Shown here: positions 37,142 to 46,968 of the stretch, in pieces | How the letters are laid out: every line of letters begins with the position of its first letter | Numbering within the stretch: position 1 is the stretch's first letter | Origin: Clostridia bacterium | Lineage (GTDB): Bacteria > Bacillota > Clostridia > Christensenellales > CAG-138 | Assembly (NCBI GenBank): GCA_017514685.1 | Contig: JAFWJN010000050.1 | Coordinates: 9,836-73,835 of the forward strand | Direction of reading: 5' to 3' | DNA: 64,000 bases | Position numbers and translations under genes: made by a program | The notes under the pieces: generated by a model | Databases searched by the model: none | The model's input: the letters and a program-made list of their open reading frames with translations, nothing else | Told to the model about the DNA's origin: nothing

Positions 37142-39553
37142 TCAAAGATCCCTGTAGCCGGTCACAACGTCATCATCAAGGACAACCGGAACAAGAAGTT
37201 CTCCTTTACCTGCCTTTGGCTGAATATAGATTTGTTCTGTATTGACGGTTGTTTTTGTTCCATGCCGCTGTTCAAGAATCAGATCATACGGTTCCGTAAC
37301 GACGCCGGCAAAGGCAACAGAGGTTCCGTTGGAACCATTCTTTTTAAAATCGAATGTTTTCAGGCCTTTTCCGTTTCGGCCTTGGACTTCGTAGTCAAAC
37401 AGAAAACTGCGTTTGCCGAATCCGCGGTCTGAAACGATAATCAGCTCGCCTTCATCACCGATTTGATCGGCAAAGAAGACCTTATCCTTCGGTTCCAGCT
37501 TAATGGCTCCGACACCGGAACCGGTTCGGCCTGTTTTCGGTACCGAGTCCGCTGCAAAGCGGATGCACATACCGGACTTTGTGATGATCAGAATATCCTG
37601 CTCTGTTGCTTTCCAGACTCGTACCAGAGTATCTTTCTCTTTGAGACCGATGGCCGGGGTCCGTTTTGCCCGTACCAGGAAATCTTCGGCAGATGTACGT
37701 TTGATCATTCCGCCGGCGGTGGCAAGCAGATACTCTCCATCGGATGATTCCGGAATCATACTGATAACAGATTCGCCTTTTTCCAACTCCAGAAGAGATA
37801 CAAGGTTGACGGCGCGCTGCGTCGGCCTGGTTTCCGGAATGTCGCTGACCTTCAGAAGCAGAAGAGCTCCTTTATCCGTGAATAGCCGCAGATTCTCATT
37901 GCTCTTGCAGGCAACAGAAAGAGCGGGTTTGTCGGCTTTGATCTGTGCGATATTGAACAGACGCGTCGGAATCTTGCGGACTTTTTGATCAGCCAGAAGC
38001 GTGATGGTCACATCTTCAACAATTTCTTCCTCTTTTAAATCTTCCGCAGGAAGTTCATCCCCGGAGATTACTTCGGTCCGCCGCTTGCCGTCAAAAGTCT
38101 TACGCACTTCCAAAAGTTCTTTTTTGATCAGATTCGCAAGTTTTTTTTCAGAAGCAAGAATCGCTTCAAGTTCAGCAATCAGCTTCTTTGTGTCTTTGTA
38201 TTCTTTCTCAATAGAAAGAAGTTCGAGATTTGTCAGCTTCTGCAATCTCAGGTCAAGGATTGCCTGCGCCTGAATCTCTGTCAGGCTGAAAGTAGCCATC
38301 AATCGTTCACGGGCTTCTTTGGGAGATTTCGAGGAACGGATCAGTTTAATAACACGGTCCAGATTGTTGACCGCAATCATGAGACCTTCCAGAATATGGC
38401 AGCGCTTTTTTGCGATTTCCAGCTCGGTCTTTGTCCTTCTCGTTGTAACTTCTCTCTGATGGCGGATATAGTGCCCGAGGATCTGTTTGAGATTCAGCTG
38501 CTGGGGTTTGCCGTTTGCGATCGCAACGTAGTTTGCGCCAAACGTGCACTGGAGATCGGAATGTTTAAACAGAAGCTGAAGAATTTTCTCCGGATCGCCG
38601 TCTTTTTTGACTTCAATAACCGCCCGGATTCCGGTACGGTCGGATTCATCGCGGATGTCGGCAATGGAGGAAAACAGAGATTTTTTCTCCTGTGTCAGCT
38701 GGAGTATTTTTTCGAGACAGGCAGCTTTGTTGATCGTGAAAGGAAATTCATCGATGACAATACGGACCTTGCCGTTCTTCATATCCTCGAAGTGCGTTTT
38801 TGCCCGCATGGTCAGTTTTCCGCGACCGGTCTCATATGATCTTGCAATCTCTTCAGAATCAAGGAGATATCCCCCGGTCGGGAAATCCGGCGCAGGGAGG
38901 ATCTTCATCAGTTCCGGAATCGTGATCTTTGGGTTGTCGATCATTGCGATGACCGCGTCAATCGTCTCCACCGGGTTGTGCGGTGGAATGTTGGTTGCGA
39001 GGCCGACTGCGATACCGCTGGCTCCGTTGACCAGAAGATTCGGGAAACGTCCCGGAAGGATTTCCGGTTCTTTTGTGGAGTCATCAAAGTTCCAGGTGAA
39101 AGGAACGGTATCCTTGTCGATATCCTTCAGAAGAAGCATGGCGGCTTCGGTCATACGGGCTTCGGTATAACGCATGGCGGCAGCAGAATCTCCGTCGACA
39201 GAGCCGAAATTACCATGCCCGTCAACCAGGCAGACGCCCATGTTGAAAGGCTGCGCCATACGGACGAGAGCATCATAAACGGAGGAATCACCGTGCGGAT
39301 GGTATTTACCAAGACAGTCACCGACAATACGTGCGCACTTGCGGTGCGGTTTGTCGGGCGTATTCCCAAGCTCCAGCATGGTATAGAGAATTCTCCGCTG
39401 TACAGGTTTTAATCCGTCCTCAACACGGGGAAGTGCGCGTTCCAGAATGACATGCTCGGCGTATGGCATCATGGAATTGTGCATCACTTCATCCATGCTG
39501 ATATGCAGAATGGTCTCCTGCGGAGGAGGTGTGGTTGTCTTTTTTGTAGCCAT
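37142..39553 (-). CDS. parC: type IIA DNA topoisomerase subunit A (ParC-like; GyrA-box absent)
   Basis: Contains DGLKPVQRRILY, YHPHGD and the catalytic Tyr in AAMRYTE. No QRRGGKG GyrA-box was seen at the start of the C-terminal beta-pinwheel. Not adjacent to dnaA/dnaN/recF. Confidence 0.6.
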   Translation of the reverse strand: MATKKTTTPPPQETILHISMDEVMHNSMMPYAEHVILERALPRVEDGLKPVQRRILYTMLELGNTPDKPHRKCARIVGDCLGKYHPHGDSSVYDALVRMAQPFNMGVCLVDGHGNFGSVDGDSAAAMRYTEARMTEAAMLLLKDIDKDTVPFTWNFDDSTKEPEILPGRFPNLLVNGASGIAVGLATNIPPHNPVETIDAVIAMIDNPKITIPELMKILPAPDFPTGGYLLDSEEIARSYETGRGKLTMRAKTHFEDMKNGKVRIVIDEFPFTINKAACLEKILQLTQEKKSLFSSIADIRDESDRTGIRAVIEVKKDGDPEKILQLLFKHSDLQCTFGANYVAIANGKPQQLNLKQILGHYIRHQREVTTRRTKTELEIAKKRCHILEGLMIAVNNLDRVIKLIRSSKSPKEARERLMATFSLTEIQAQAILDLRLQKLTNLELLSIEKEYKDTKKLIAELEAILASEKKLANLIKKELLEVRKTFDGKRRTEVISGDELPAEDLKEEEIVEDVTITLLADQKVRKIPTRLFNIAQIKADKPALSVACKSNENLRLFTDKGALLLLKVSDIPETRPTQRAVNLVSLLELEKGESVISMIPESSDGEYLLATAGGMIKRTSAEDFLVRAKRTPAIGLKEKDTLVRVWKATEQDILIITKSGMCIRFAADSVPKTGRTGSGVGAIKLEPKDKVFFADQIGDEGELIIVSDRGFGKRSFLFDYEVQGRNGKGLKTFDFKKNGSNGTSVAFAGVVTEPYDLILEQRHGTKTTVNTEQIYIQPKAGKGELLVPVVLDDDVVTGYRDL

Positions 39554-39557
39554 GGCT

Positions 39558-41519
39558 TTATTCCTTTATTTTCTCGAAAACAGCGCTGGATCGGTTGAAA
39601 TCAGCATATTCGAAGATATATTCTTTACGGGACTGGACACGGTCGCCCATCAGGACGGTTACAAGATGCTCAACTTCCGCTGCATCTTCAATCGTAACGC
39701 AGGTCAGTTTGCGCCCCTGTGGATTCATGGTCGTTTCCCAAAGCTGTTCAGGGTTCATTTCCCCAAGACCCTTATAGCGCTGAAGGGTATAGTTTTTACC
39801 GTTGACCTGCCGCATGGCAGCTTTTAAAGCCGCATCATCATAACAATAGACGGGAGGCTGATTCGGTTTTTGGACACGGTAAAGGGGAGCCATCCCGATA
39901 TATACATGTCCTTCTGTAATCAATGGACGCATATACCGGTAAAAGAAGGTCAGAAGGATAGCACGGATATGAGCACCGTCCTGGTCAGCATCTGACAGGA
40001 TGATGATCTTATTGTATTTTAAGGCATCAATATTGAAATCGTCGCCGATTCCGGTCCCGAGCGCGGTGATGATAGAGCGGAACTCATCATTTTGCAGAAC
40101 CTGCTCAAGCCGTTTTTTTTCGACATTTAACGGCTTTCCGCGGAGCGGGAGAATCGCCTGAAACTTACGGTCTCTTCCCTGCTTAGCGCTTCCGCCTGCG
40201 GAATCACCTTCCACAATGAACAATTCGTTCTGCGAATAATCGCGGCCGGTACAGCTGGAAAGTTTTCCAACCAAAGGAGCGTTTTCAAGCTTGTTTTTCT
40301 CACGCGCGGTTTCTTTGGCTTTGCGGGCGGCGTTTCTGGCTTTTGAAGCTTTGACGGCTTTATCCGCAATCAGGTTCGCCGCAGAAGCGTTTTTCAGATT
40401 TTCCAGCCAGGCGGTAAGCTGCTGAGTGACGACGGTTTCTACCGCAGGCCTGGCTTCGGTGTTGCCGAGTTTCGTTTTCGTCTGCCCTTCAAACTGAATA
40501 TTCCGCATCTTCAGCGAGAGGACGGCGGTCATTCCTTCCCGGAAATCCTCCCCGGCCAGAGCGGGATCTTTGTCTTTAAGTGCTCCGACTTTCCGGCAGT
40601 AATCATTCATGACTTTTGTCAGGGCTGCCTTGAAACCGGTTTCATGCGTTCCGCCTTCCGTTGTCGGAATATTGTTGACATAAGAAGCGATCATTTCAGA
40701 GTATCCGTCGTTGTGCAAAATAGCGACTTCGACTTTGATCCCATTATATTCACCTTCAAAATGAATCGGAACTTCGTACAAAGAAGTCTTGTCTTCCTGG
40801 ATATATCGGGCGAAATCGCTTAAGCCGCCGGTATAGCAGAACTCGTTGTGCTTGTTTTTTCCCCATTCCCGGTTGTCATCCAGCGTGAATTTGACGCCGC
40901 GGTTTAAGTAGGCCAGTTCACGAAGACGCTTCATAATCACGGCATACTGCATGTCGATCGTTTCGAAAACCCGGTCATCCGGAAGAAATGTAACGACTGT
41001 TCCCTGTTTACGGGTACGGCCTGTTTCAGTCAGGGGATACTTCGGCTTACCGGAAACGATCTTTCCGTTCTCATTTTCTTCGCTGGAAAATTCGATTTTG
41101 TAAGCATGATTTTCGTGAAACACTTCAACTGTTACCCAGCGGGAAAGCGCATTCACAACAGAAGCGCCGACACCGTGAAGACCGCCGGAATAACCGTAAG
41201 CATCATTTCCGAATTTACCGCCGGCGTGCAACTGCGTGAAGACAACTTCGACGCCGGAAACGCCCAGTTTTTCATGAATTCCTGTCGGGATTCCGCGCCC
41301 GTTGTCCACGACTGTTACACTTTTGTCGCGGTTCAGGGTCACATTGATTTCATTAGCATAGCCGTTCGCAGCTTCGTCGACCGCGTTGTCCACGATCTCC
41401 CAGAGCATGTGATGTAGTCCGACCGGTCCTGTCGATCCGATATACATGCCGGGGCGCATACGGACCGCGTCAAGCCCTTCCATCACCGTAATGTTGCGGA
41501 CGGAGTATTCTTCAGCCAT
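39558..41519 (-). CDS. parE: type IIA DNA topoisomerase subunit B (ParE-like)
   Basis: GHKL ATPase motifs (EIVDNAVDE, GGLHGVGASVVNALS) and Toprim motifs EGDSAGGSA, PLRGKPLNV, DADQDGAHI. The ATG at 41519 is preceded by GGAGGTAAC. Confidence 0.6.
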   Translation of the reverse strand: MAEEYSVRNITVMEGLDAVRMRPGMYIGSTGPVGLHHMLWEIVDNAVDEAANGYANEINVTLNRDKSVTVVDNGRGIPTGIHEKLGVSGVEVVFTQLHAGGKFGNDAYGYSGGLHGVGASVVNALSRWVTVEVFHENHAYKIEFSSEENENGKIVSGKPKYPLTETGRTRKQGTVVTFLPDDRVFETIDMQYAVIMKRLRELAYLNRGVKFTLDDNREWGKNKHNEFCYTGGLSDFARYIQEDKTSLYEVPIHFEGEYNGIKVEVAILHNDGYSEMIASYVNNIPTTEGGTHETGFKAALTKVMNDYCRKVGALKDKDPALAGEDFREGMTAVLSLKMRNIQFEGQTKTKLGNTEARPAVETVVTQQLTAWLENLKNASAANLIADKAVKASKARNAARKAKETAREKNKLENAPLVGKLSSCTGRDYSQNELFIVEGDSAGGSAKQGRDRKFQAILPLRGKPLNVEKKRLEQVLQNDEFRSIITALGTGIGDDFNIDALKYNKIIILSDADQDGAHIRAILLTFFYRYMRPLITEGHVYIGMAPLYRVQKPNQPPVYCYDDAALKAAMRQVNGKNYTLQRYKGLGEMNPEQLWETTMNPQGRKLTCVTIEDAAEVEHLVTVLMGDRVQSRKEYIFEYADFNRSSAVFEKIKE

Positions 41520-41757
41520 TGTTACCTCCATACGATGGGATTGCAAAGAACGCAAAACCCATTCATTAGCAGTTCATTATACCACAATATCTTGTGGATT
41601 ATGGAAAAATCAAAAACAGTTTTCCGTTTATTCATAAATCAGGAAATACGTTTTCCGACAAATGTGCAGTTACCAAAGGCGAATCTTTATCTTTCCGGGA
41701 TAACCGGCTGAGAAAACCAAGGTTAATAGAAATGTTGCACATCGTTTGCATTTGATG

Positions 41758-41786
41758 GATGACAAAGGTTTGTTTTGGGTGTATAA
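41758..41786 (+). promoter_or_regulatory. candidate promoter of the dcw operon
   Basis: -35 ATGACA, 17-nt spacer, -10 TATAAT (41781-86), 54 nt upstream of the rsmH ATG. Confidence 0.5.
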
Positions 41787-41839
41787 TTCACGTTGTAATA
41801 ATGTTGAACTATACCCTTTTGAAGAAAGAAGAAAGTTTC

Positions 41840-42787
41840 ATGCCGGAAAGAACTGAATTTCATCACGTTCCGATCATGGTTAAAGAAGTGCTGACGCTTC
41901 TGCAGCCGGAACGCGGAGGAATCTTTGTCGATGGAACGCTTGGAGGCGGCGGACATGCCGAAGCGGTGCTGAGCAGACTTCCGGAAAACGGAAGACTGTA
42001 TGGAATCGACCGGGATGATGACGCTCTGGCGGCAGCGGGGAAAAGGCTCGCGCCCTTCGGGGAGCGCTTCACTGCGATCAAAGGCAATTTCTTTGATATG
42101 AAAAGGCTTCTCGCGGAAAAAGGTATTGAAAAAGTGGATGGGATTTTGCTGGATCTCGGTGTTTCTTCCCATCAGCTGGACACAGCGCAAAGGGGATTCT
42201 CCTATAAAGCGGAAGCACCTCTGGACATGAGAATGGATCAGTCGTCGCCTCTGACAGCAAGAGAAATCATCAATCAATGGTCCGTTCAGAATCTGACGGA
42301 AATCTTTTATGAATTTGGAGAAGAGCGCTTTTCGAAAAGAATCGCGGAGCAAATTGCCGCGGCAAGAGCTATCCGGCCGATTGAAACAACGACAGAACTT
42401 GCGGAGATCGTAAGGAATGCAATTCCTGCAAAATTCCGCAACGAACCGCAGCATCCTGCCCGAAGAGTGTTTCAGGCGGTGCGGATTGCAGTCAACGGGG
42501 AACTTGAGGGCTTGGACGCGGCGTTGATCGACGCGCATGATCTTTTGAATCCGAACGGCCGGCTGGCAGTTCTGACGTTTCATTCTCTGGAAGACCGGAT
42601 TGTCAAAAACACTTTCAGAAGATTTGAAAATCCCTGCGTCTGCCCCAAAAGCGCGCCTGTCTGCATCTGCGGGAAAAAACCGACGGCGAAAGTCCTCACG
42701 CGTCACCCGCTGACGGCAACGGAAGCGGAACTGGCGGAAAATTCCAGATCTGCACCTGCAAAACTGCGTGCAATTGAACATCTATAG
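41840..42787 (+). CDS. rsmH: 16S rRNA (cytosine1402-N4)-methyltransferase RsmH
   Basis: Contains HVPIMVKEVL, DGTLGGGGH, LDLGVSSHQLD and FHSLEDRIVK. Confidence 0.95.
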   Translation: MPERTEFHHVPIMVKEVLTLLQPERGGIFVDGTLGGGGHAEAVLSRLPENGRLYGIDRDDDALAAAGKRLAPFGERFTAIKGNFFDMKRLLAEKGIEKVDGILLDLGVSSHQLDTAQRGFSYKAEAPLDMRMDQSSPLTAREIINQWSVQNLTEIFYEFGEERFSKRIAEQIAAARAIRPIETTTELAEIVRNAIPAKFRNEPQHPARRVFQAVRIAVNGELEGLDAALIDAHDLLNPNGRLAVLTFHSLEDRIVKNTFRRFENPCVCPKSAPVCICGKKPTAKVLTRHPLTATEAELAENSRSAPAKLRAIEHL

Positions 42788-42811
42788 AAAGAATCAGTAA
42801 ACGGAATCCAG

Positions 42812-43246
42812 ATGGAAATCAAATTCAACAGCGGAAAAAACGAAAGCTTCGGACCCGCAACCCGTACCTATAATCCGGCTTCCAGAAAAAACCGGAGATA
42901 TGGGGAAGGGGATTTTCCTGTTCCCGTACGGATGGAGTCGGACAGGGATGAGGCGGTTTCTTTTCTGCGCTCTGAAATCCGCTTTTCAGACTTTTCAAAG
43001 ATTTTGATCCTGATTTCCGTCTTCATGGTTGCGCTGACAGCGTTGATTTCTTTGTTTGGAGCAGCGGAATATGCGGAAATTACATCTCAGATCAGCACAA
43101 TCGAATCCGATATCGAGAACTATCAGCAGCAGATTTCTCAGGTTCGGAAAACACAGAGCTCGATGAATGACTATCGGTCCATCAATGATGCGTGCCTGGA
43201 CCGGGGCATGCAGATGATTTGGGAACCGGACAGCTCAAATCCGTAA
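42812..43246 (+). CDS. ftsL: FtsL-like cell division protein
   Basis: Single TM segment (ILILISVFMVALTALISLFGAA) followed by a coiled coil. Sits between rsmH and the PBP gene. Confidence 0.65.
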   Translation: MEIKFNSGKNESFGPATRTYNPASRKNRRYGEGDFPVPVRMESDRDEAVSFLRSEIRFSDFSKILILISVFMVALTALISLFGAAEYAEITSQISTIESDIENYQQQISQVRKTQSSMNDYRSINDACLDRGMQMIWEPDSSNP

Positions 43247-43259
43247 AGGAACGGATGCT

Positions 43260-45503
43260 ATGGGAGAAATCAGACGTACGGCAAAGCGAGGCAGCTGGCT
43301 GAGCCGCAGACAATTTCACAGAAGAAAGATTTCAGCATCCAGAGCGAGGCTTCTGTTTGTTTTGGCAGCAGCAATGCTCGCCTTTTTAATGCTGATCATT
43401 CAGCTTTTTTCTGTTTCGATCTGGAACGGAAAAAACTGGGCGGATAAAGCGATGCGTCAATGGTCCCGCACCACTTATCTGAAGGCGGACCGTGGCAAGA
43501 TCACGGATTCGGACGGAACGGAACTTGCTTCTTCTTATACAACTTATCAGGTTTGCGTGAACCCGCAGAACATTCAGGCGGATGACCGTGAACGAATAGC
43601 TTATATTCTGTCAACTTATCTCCAGATGGACTATGATACCGTCCTTGCAAAAATGAGCAAGACCCGTATCAAAAGAGGAACGGAAAACAGCGACGAACCG
43701 GAGTATGTCCTGCTTTCCCAGGTCAAGATCAAGGATCAGGTGGATAAGGAAATCATCTCCCAGCTGAACGCTATGCAGCTTGGAACGGGCGTCAGTTATT
43801 ATGCCGATGTCAAGAGGGATTATCCGGAAAGCGGTTATTACGGGCAGCTGTTAGGCTTTACAAATGTTGACGGCGACGGGCAGACAGGCGTTGAGCTGAC
43901 CTGCAATTCCTATTTATCCGGTAAAGACGGATATCTGAAAACGGACACAGACCGGGACAACAACCCCGTTCCGGGAGGCGACGAGGAATATGTCATGCCT
44001 ATCGCAGGGGGAAATGTCCGGCTGACGACAAACACAGGGCTGCAGGCAATTCTGGAAAACGCCCTGGAAGAAGCATATACGGTCAATAATGCCGCTACGG
44101 CTTATGGAATCCTGATGAATCCGCAGACCGGAGAGGTTTATGCGGAAGGTTCCTACCCGACGTTTGAATCAGCCAATCCGCCCAGAAGTGACGCAAAAGT
44201 TCTGCTGGAACTGTCCAAGAACAGGATTGTAACGGATACTTATGAGCCGGGAACAACGTTCGGCGTCATCACCATTGCCTCTGCGCTTGAGTCCGGTGCA
44301 ATTTCCATGAATACCATGTTCAACTGCTCAGGATCGCTTCTGGTGAAAGGGGAACGGATCAGATGCATCAATACAAAAGGGCACAAGACGGAATCGCTGC
44401 CGGAAGCACTGACCAACAACTGCAAAACTGCCTTTATGTCGATGGCGCTCCGCATGGGACTGGACTCGTTTTATGACCGGATATACTCGTTTGGCTTCAA
44501 TGATACCACAAGCAGCGGAATCATGGGAGAAACCAGCGGAAAGGTTACACATAAAAAATATGTCAGAGATGCCGATCTGGCAGAAATCGGCTATGGACAG
44601 AATATCACCTGTACAGGCATGCAGCTGACAATGGCTGTTACTGCGGCAATCAACGGCGGGGAACTGATCAAGCCGTATGTTGTGAGTGATATCACGGATA
44701 ATGACGGAATGGTCATTCTTCAGAACGGAAAAACTCTGATCCGCAGAGTCATCTCTCCGGCGACATCGGAACTGGTCAGAACACTGATGCAGTACGTTGT
44801 TGATAACGGGGACGGAAGAGGCGCGCAGGTATACGGCTATACTGTTGGAGGAAAGACCGGGGCTTCTCAGAAATATGACGAGGAAGGAAAACCCACCGGA
44901 AAATGGATCGCATCCTTCATCGGGTTTGCGCCGGTTAATAATCCGCAGTTCATCTGTCTGATTGTGGTGGATGAACCGCAGGTGCCTTCGTCCTATGTCA
45001 ACTATGTTGCTGCGCCGTATGTGCAGGAAGTATTAGCTTCGTCACTCTCCCTGAAAGGAGTTCCTTCCGACAGGAGCAATGTGTCGGAAACGGTTCCGAA
45101 CGTAGTCGGAATGACTGTCGACGAAGCTGTAAAAGCACTTAAAGGAAGAGGATTCAATGCGATTTATCTGGAGGGTGAAGCAAATTCGCTGGTGGTAGGC
45201 CAGGCACCGCGCAACAATATGACGGTTGTTCACGGAAGCAATGTGATTTTATATTCGAACGGCTATACTTTCTATAACAGTGAAGTCACGGAAGAGACGG
45301 AAATGGTGAAAGTGCCGGACGTATATGACAAGGGTAAGGTGGACAGGATCATGGCAAGAGATACTCTGGAAGCGGCAGGACTTGTCATGGACTATGATCC
45401 TGAAAACTGTGTCGGATATGTTGTCGGGCAGTCTTATCCCGAAGGAACACTGGTTCCGGTTGGAACGGTTGTATTCGTACAGTTTGCACCTGAGGAAAAG
45501 TAA
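43260..45503 (+). CDS. class B penicillin-binding protein (FtsI/SpoVD/PBP2B type, two PASTA domains) with degenerate SxxK and SxN motifs
   Basis: N-terminal TM segment, dimerisation domain and transpeptidase fold. The SxxK position reads YEPGTTFGVITIASALE. The SxN position reads LTNNCKTAF. KTG is retained (GGKTGAS). C-terminal PASTA repeats (VPNVVGMTVDEAVKALKGRGF...). Confidence 0.85.
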   Translation: MGEIRRTAKRGSWLSRRQFHRRKISASRARLLFVLAAAMLAFLMLIIQLFSVSIWNGKNWADKAMRQWSRTTYLKADRGKITDSDGTELASSYTTYQVCVNPQNIQADDRERIAYILSTYLQMDYDTVLAKMSKTRIKRGTENSDEPEYVLLSQVKIKDQVDKEIISQLNAMQLGTGVSYYADVKRDYPESGYYGQLLGFTNVDGDGQTGVELTCNSYLSGKDGYLKTDTDRDNNPVPGGDEEYVMPIAGGNVRLTTNTGLQAILENALEEAYTVNNAATAYGILMNPQTGEVYAEGSYPTFESANPPRSDAKVLLELSKNRIVTDTYEPGTTFGVITIASALESGAISMNTMFNCSGSLLVKGERIRCINTKGHKTESLPEALTNNCKTAFMSMALRMGLDSFYDRIYSFGFNDTTSSGIMGETSGKVTHKKYVRDADLAEIGYGQNITCTGMQLTMAVTAAINGGELIKPYVVSDITDNDGMVILQNGKTLIRRVISPATSELVRTLMQYVVDNGDGRGAQVYGYTVGGKTGASQKYDEEGKPTGKWIASFIGFAPVNNPQFICLIVVDEPQVPSSYVNYVAAPYVQEVLASSLSLKGVPSDRSNVSETVPNVVGMTVDEAVKALKGRGFNAIYLEGEANSLVVGQAPRNNMTVVHGSNVILYSNGYTFYNSEVTEETEMVKVPDVYDKGKVDRIMARDTLEAAGLVMDYDPENCVGYVVGQSYPEGTLVPVGTVVFVQFAPEEK

Positions 45504-45529
45504 GAACAAATCAATCCGGAGGAAGGAAC

Positions 45530-46963
45530 ATGAAATTATCACTGATTGCCCGGGAACTCGGGATCGCGTTCTCCGAGGAGGATGCTGAAATCAGTTCTAT
45601 CACATATGATTCGCGGAAAGTTGAGAGCGGGAGCCTTTTCTGCTGCCTGGTCGGACTGGTATCTGACGGGCACACTTTTGCGGGGCAGGCAGTAGACAAG
45701 GGGGCGGCGGCTCTGATTGTTGAACACAGACTTCCGTATAATATTCCGCAGCTGGTTGTCGAAGACGGCAGGAAAGCAATGGCACTTGCGGCCGCCTGCT
45801 TTTACGGGCATCCGGAAAAGGAAATGCTTATGCTGGGAGTAACCGGAACAAACGGGAAAACCAGCACTACCTATATGGTGAAATCCATTGCCGAGCAGGC
45901 GGGGAAAAAAGTCGGACTGATCGGAACCATTCAGAATATGATCGGAGACGAAGTGATCGAAACAGGCCGCACGACTCCGGAATCAGCAGATTTGTTTGCG
46001 CTTCTCAGGCAGATGGCGGATGAAAAGGTAGATCTGGTCATTATGGAAGTTTCCAGTCATGCCCTTGTTCAGGACCGCGTTTACGGGATTCAGTATCAGG
46101 TTGCGCTTTTTACCAATCTGACGCAGGATCATTTGGACTATCATAAGACATTCGACAATTATCTGAGTGCAAAAAAGCTTCTTTTTTCTCAATGCGATAT
46201 CGCGGTGATCAATCACGATGACCCGCACGCGGAAAAAATCATGGAAGGTCTGGAGTGCCCGATTTATACAACGGGAATTCATACCCCTGCGAGCTATAAT
46301 GCTTCCGAAATCGATATACAGACCTCCGGTGTGCGGTTTTTGCTGCGCACACCGAAAGGGGAAAGTCTGATCCGGCTGCACATTTCAGGACTGTTCTCCA
46401 TTTATAACGCAATGGGTGCGGCGGCCATGATGCAGCAGGCAGGTTTTTCTCTCGAACAAATCGTGTCCGGTCTGGAAGCCTTGAAGGGCGTTGCCGGAAG
46501 GCTTCAGGCGGTCAATACAAACGGGAAGCCTTTTTCGGTCTATGTCGACTATGCCCATACTCCGGACGCACTGGAGAATGTGCTGACGACCGTTAGAGCC
46601 TTTGCGAAAGCGAGGGTTCTCAGCCTGTTCGGATGCGGGGGAGACAGAGACCGAGCAAAGCGTCCCCTAATGGGTGAAATCGGAGGAAGACATTCCGATT
46701 ATGTGATCATAACAAGCGATAATCCCCGCTCTGAAGAGCCGGAGTCAATTGTCAAGGCAATCGAAGAGGGAGTGAAAAAAAGCGGGGCTCCGTATACGGT
46801 GATCGTAAATCGCAGGGAAGCGATCGCTTATGCGCTGTCAATACTGGAAGAGAATGATATCCTGGTCATTGCCGGAAAAGGGCATGAGAATTATCAGGAG
46901 ATCAACGGCGTCAAACATCATTTTGACGACAAGGAAATCGTGGAGGAGCTGCTCAGGCAGTAG
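45530..46963 (+). CDS. murE: UDP-N-acetylmuramoyl-L-alanyl-D-glutamate--2,6-diaminopimelate ligase
   Basis: GVTGTNGKTST P-loop and a DNPR motif (ITSDNPRSE), which indicates meso-DAP specificity. Confidence 0.93.
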   Translation: MKLSLIARELGIAFSEEDAEISSITYDSRKVESGSLFCCLVGLVSDGHTFAGQAVDKGAAALIVEHRLPYNIPQLVVEDGRKAMALAAACFYGHPEKEMLMLGVTGTNGKTSTTYMVKSIAEQAGKKVGLIGTIQNMIGDEVIETGRTTPESADLFALLRQMADEKVDLVIMEVSSHALVQDRVYGIQYQVALFTNLTQDHLDYHKTFDNYLSAKKLLFSQCDIAVINHDDPHAEKIMEGLECPIYTTGIHTPASYNASEIDIQTSGVRFLLRTPKGESLIRLHISGLFSIYNAMGAAAMMQQAGFSLEQIVSGLEALKGVAGRLQAVNTNGKPFSVYVDYAHTPDALENVLTTVRAFAKARVLSLFGCGGDRDRAKRPLMGEIGGRHSDYVIITSDNPRSEEPESIVKAIEEGVKKSGAPYTVIVNRREAIAYALSILEENDILVIAGKGHENYQEINGVKHHFDDKEIVEELLRQ

Positions 46964-46968
46964 AAGAT

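Noticed and set aside
41723-42781. 352-aa ORF on the minus strand covering almost all of rsmH.
   Set aside because: It lies antisense to a gene with unmistakable RsmH motifs. Its translation is Arg/Phe/Cys-rich with no recognisable domain and no RBS. This is the typical shadow ORF of a GC-biased coding region.
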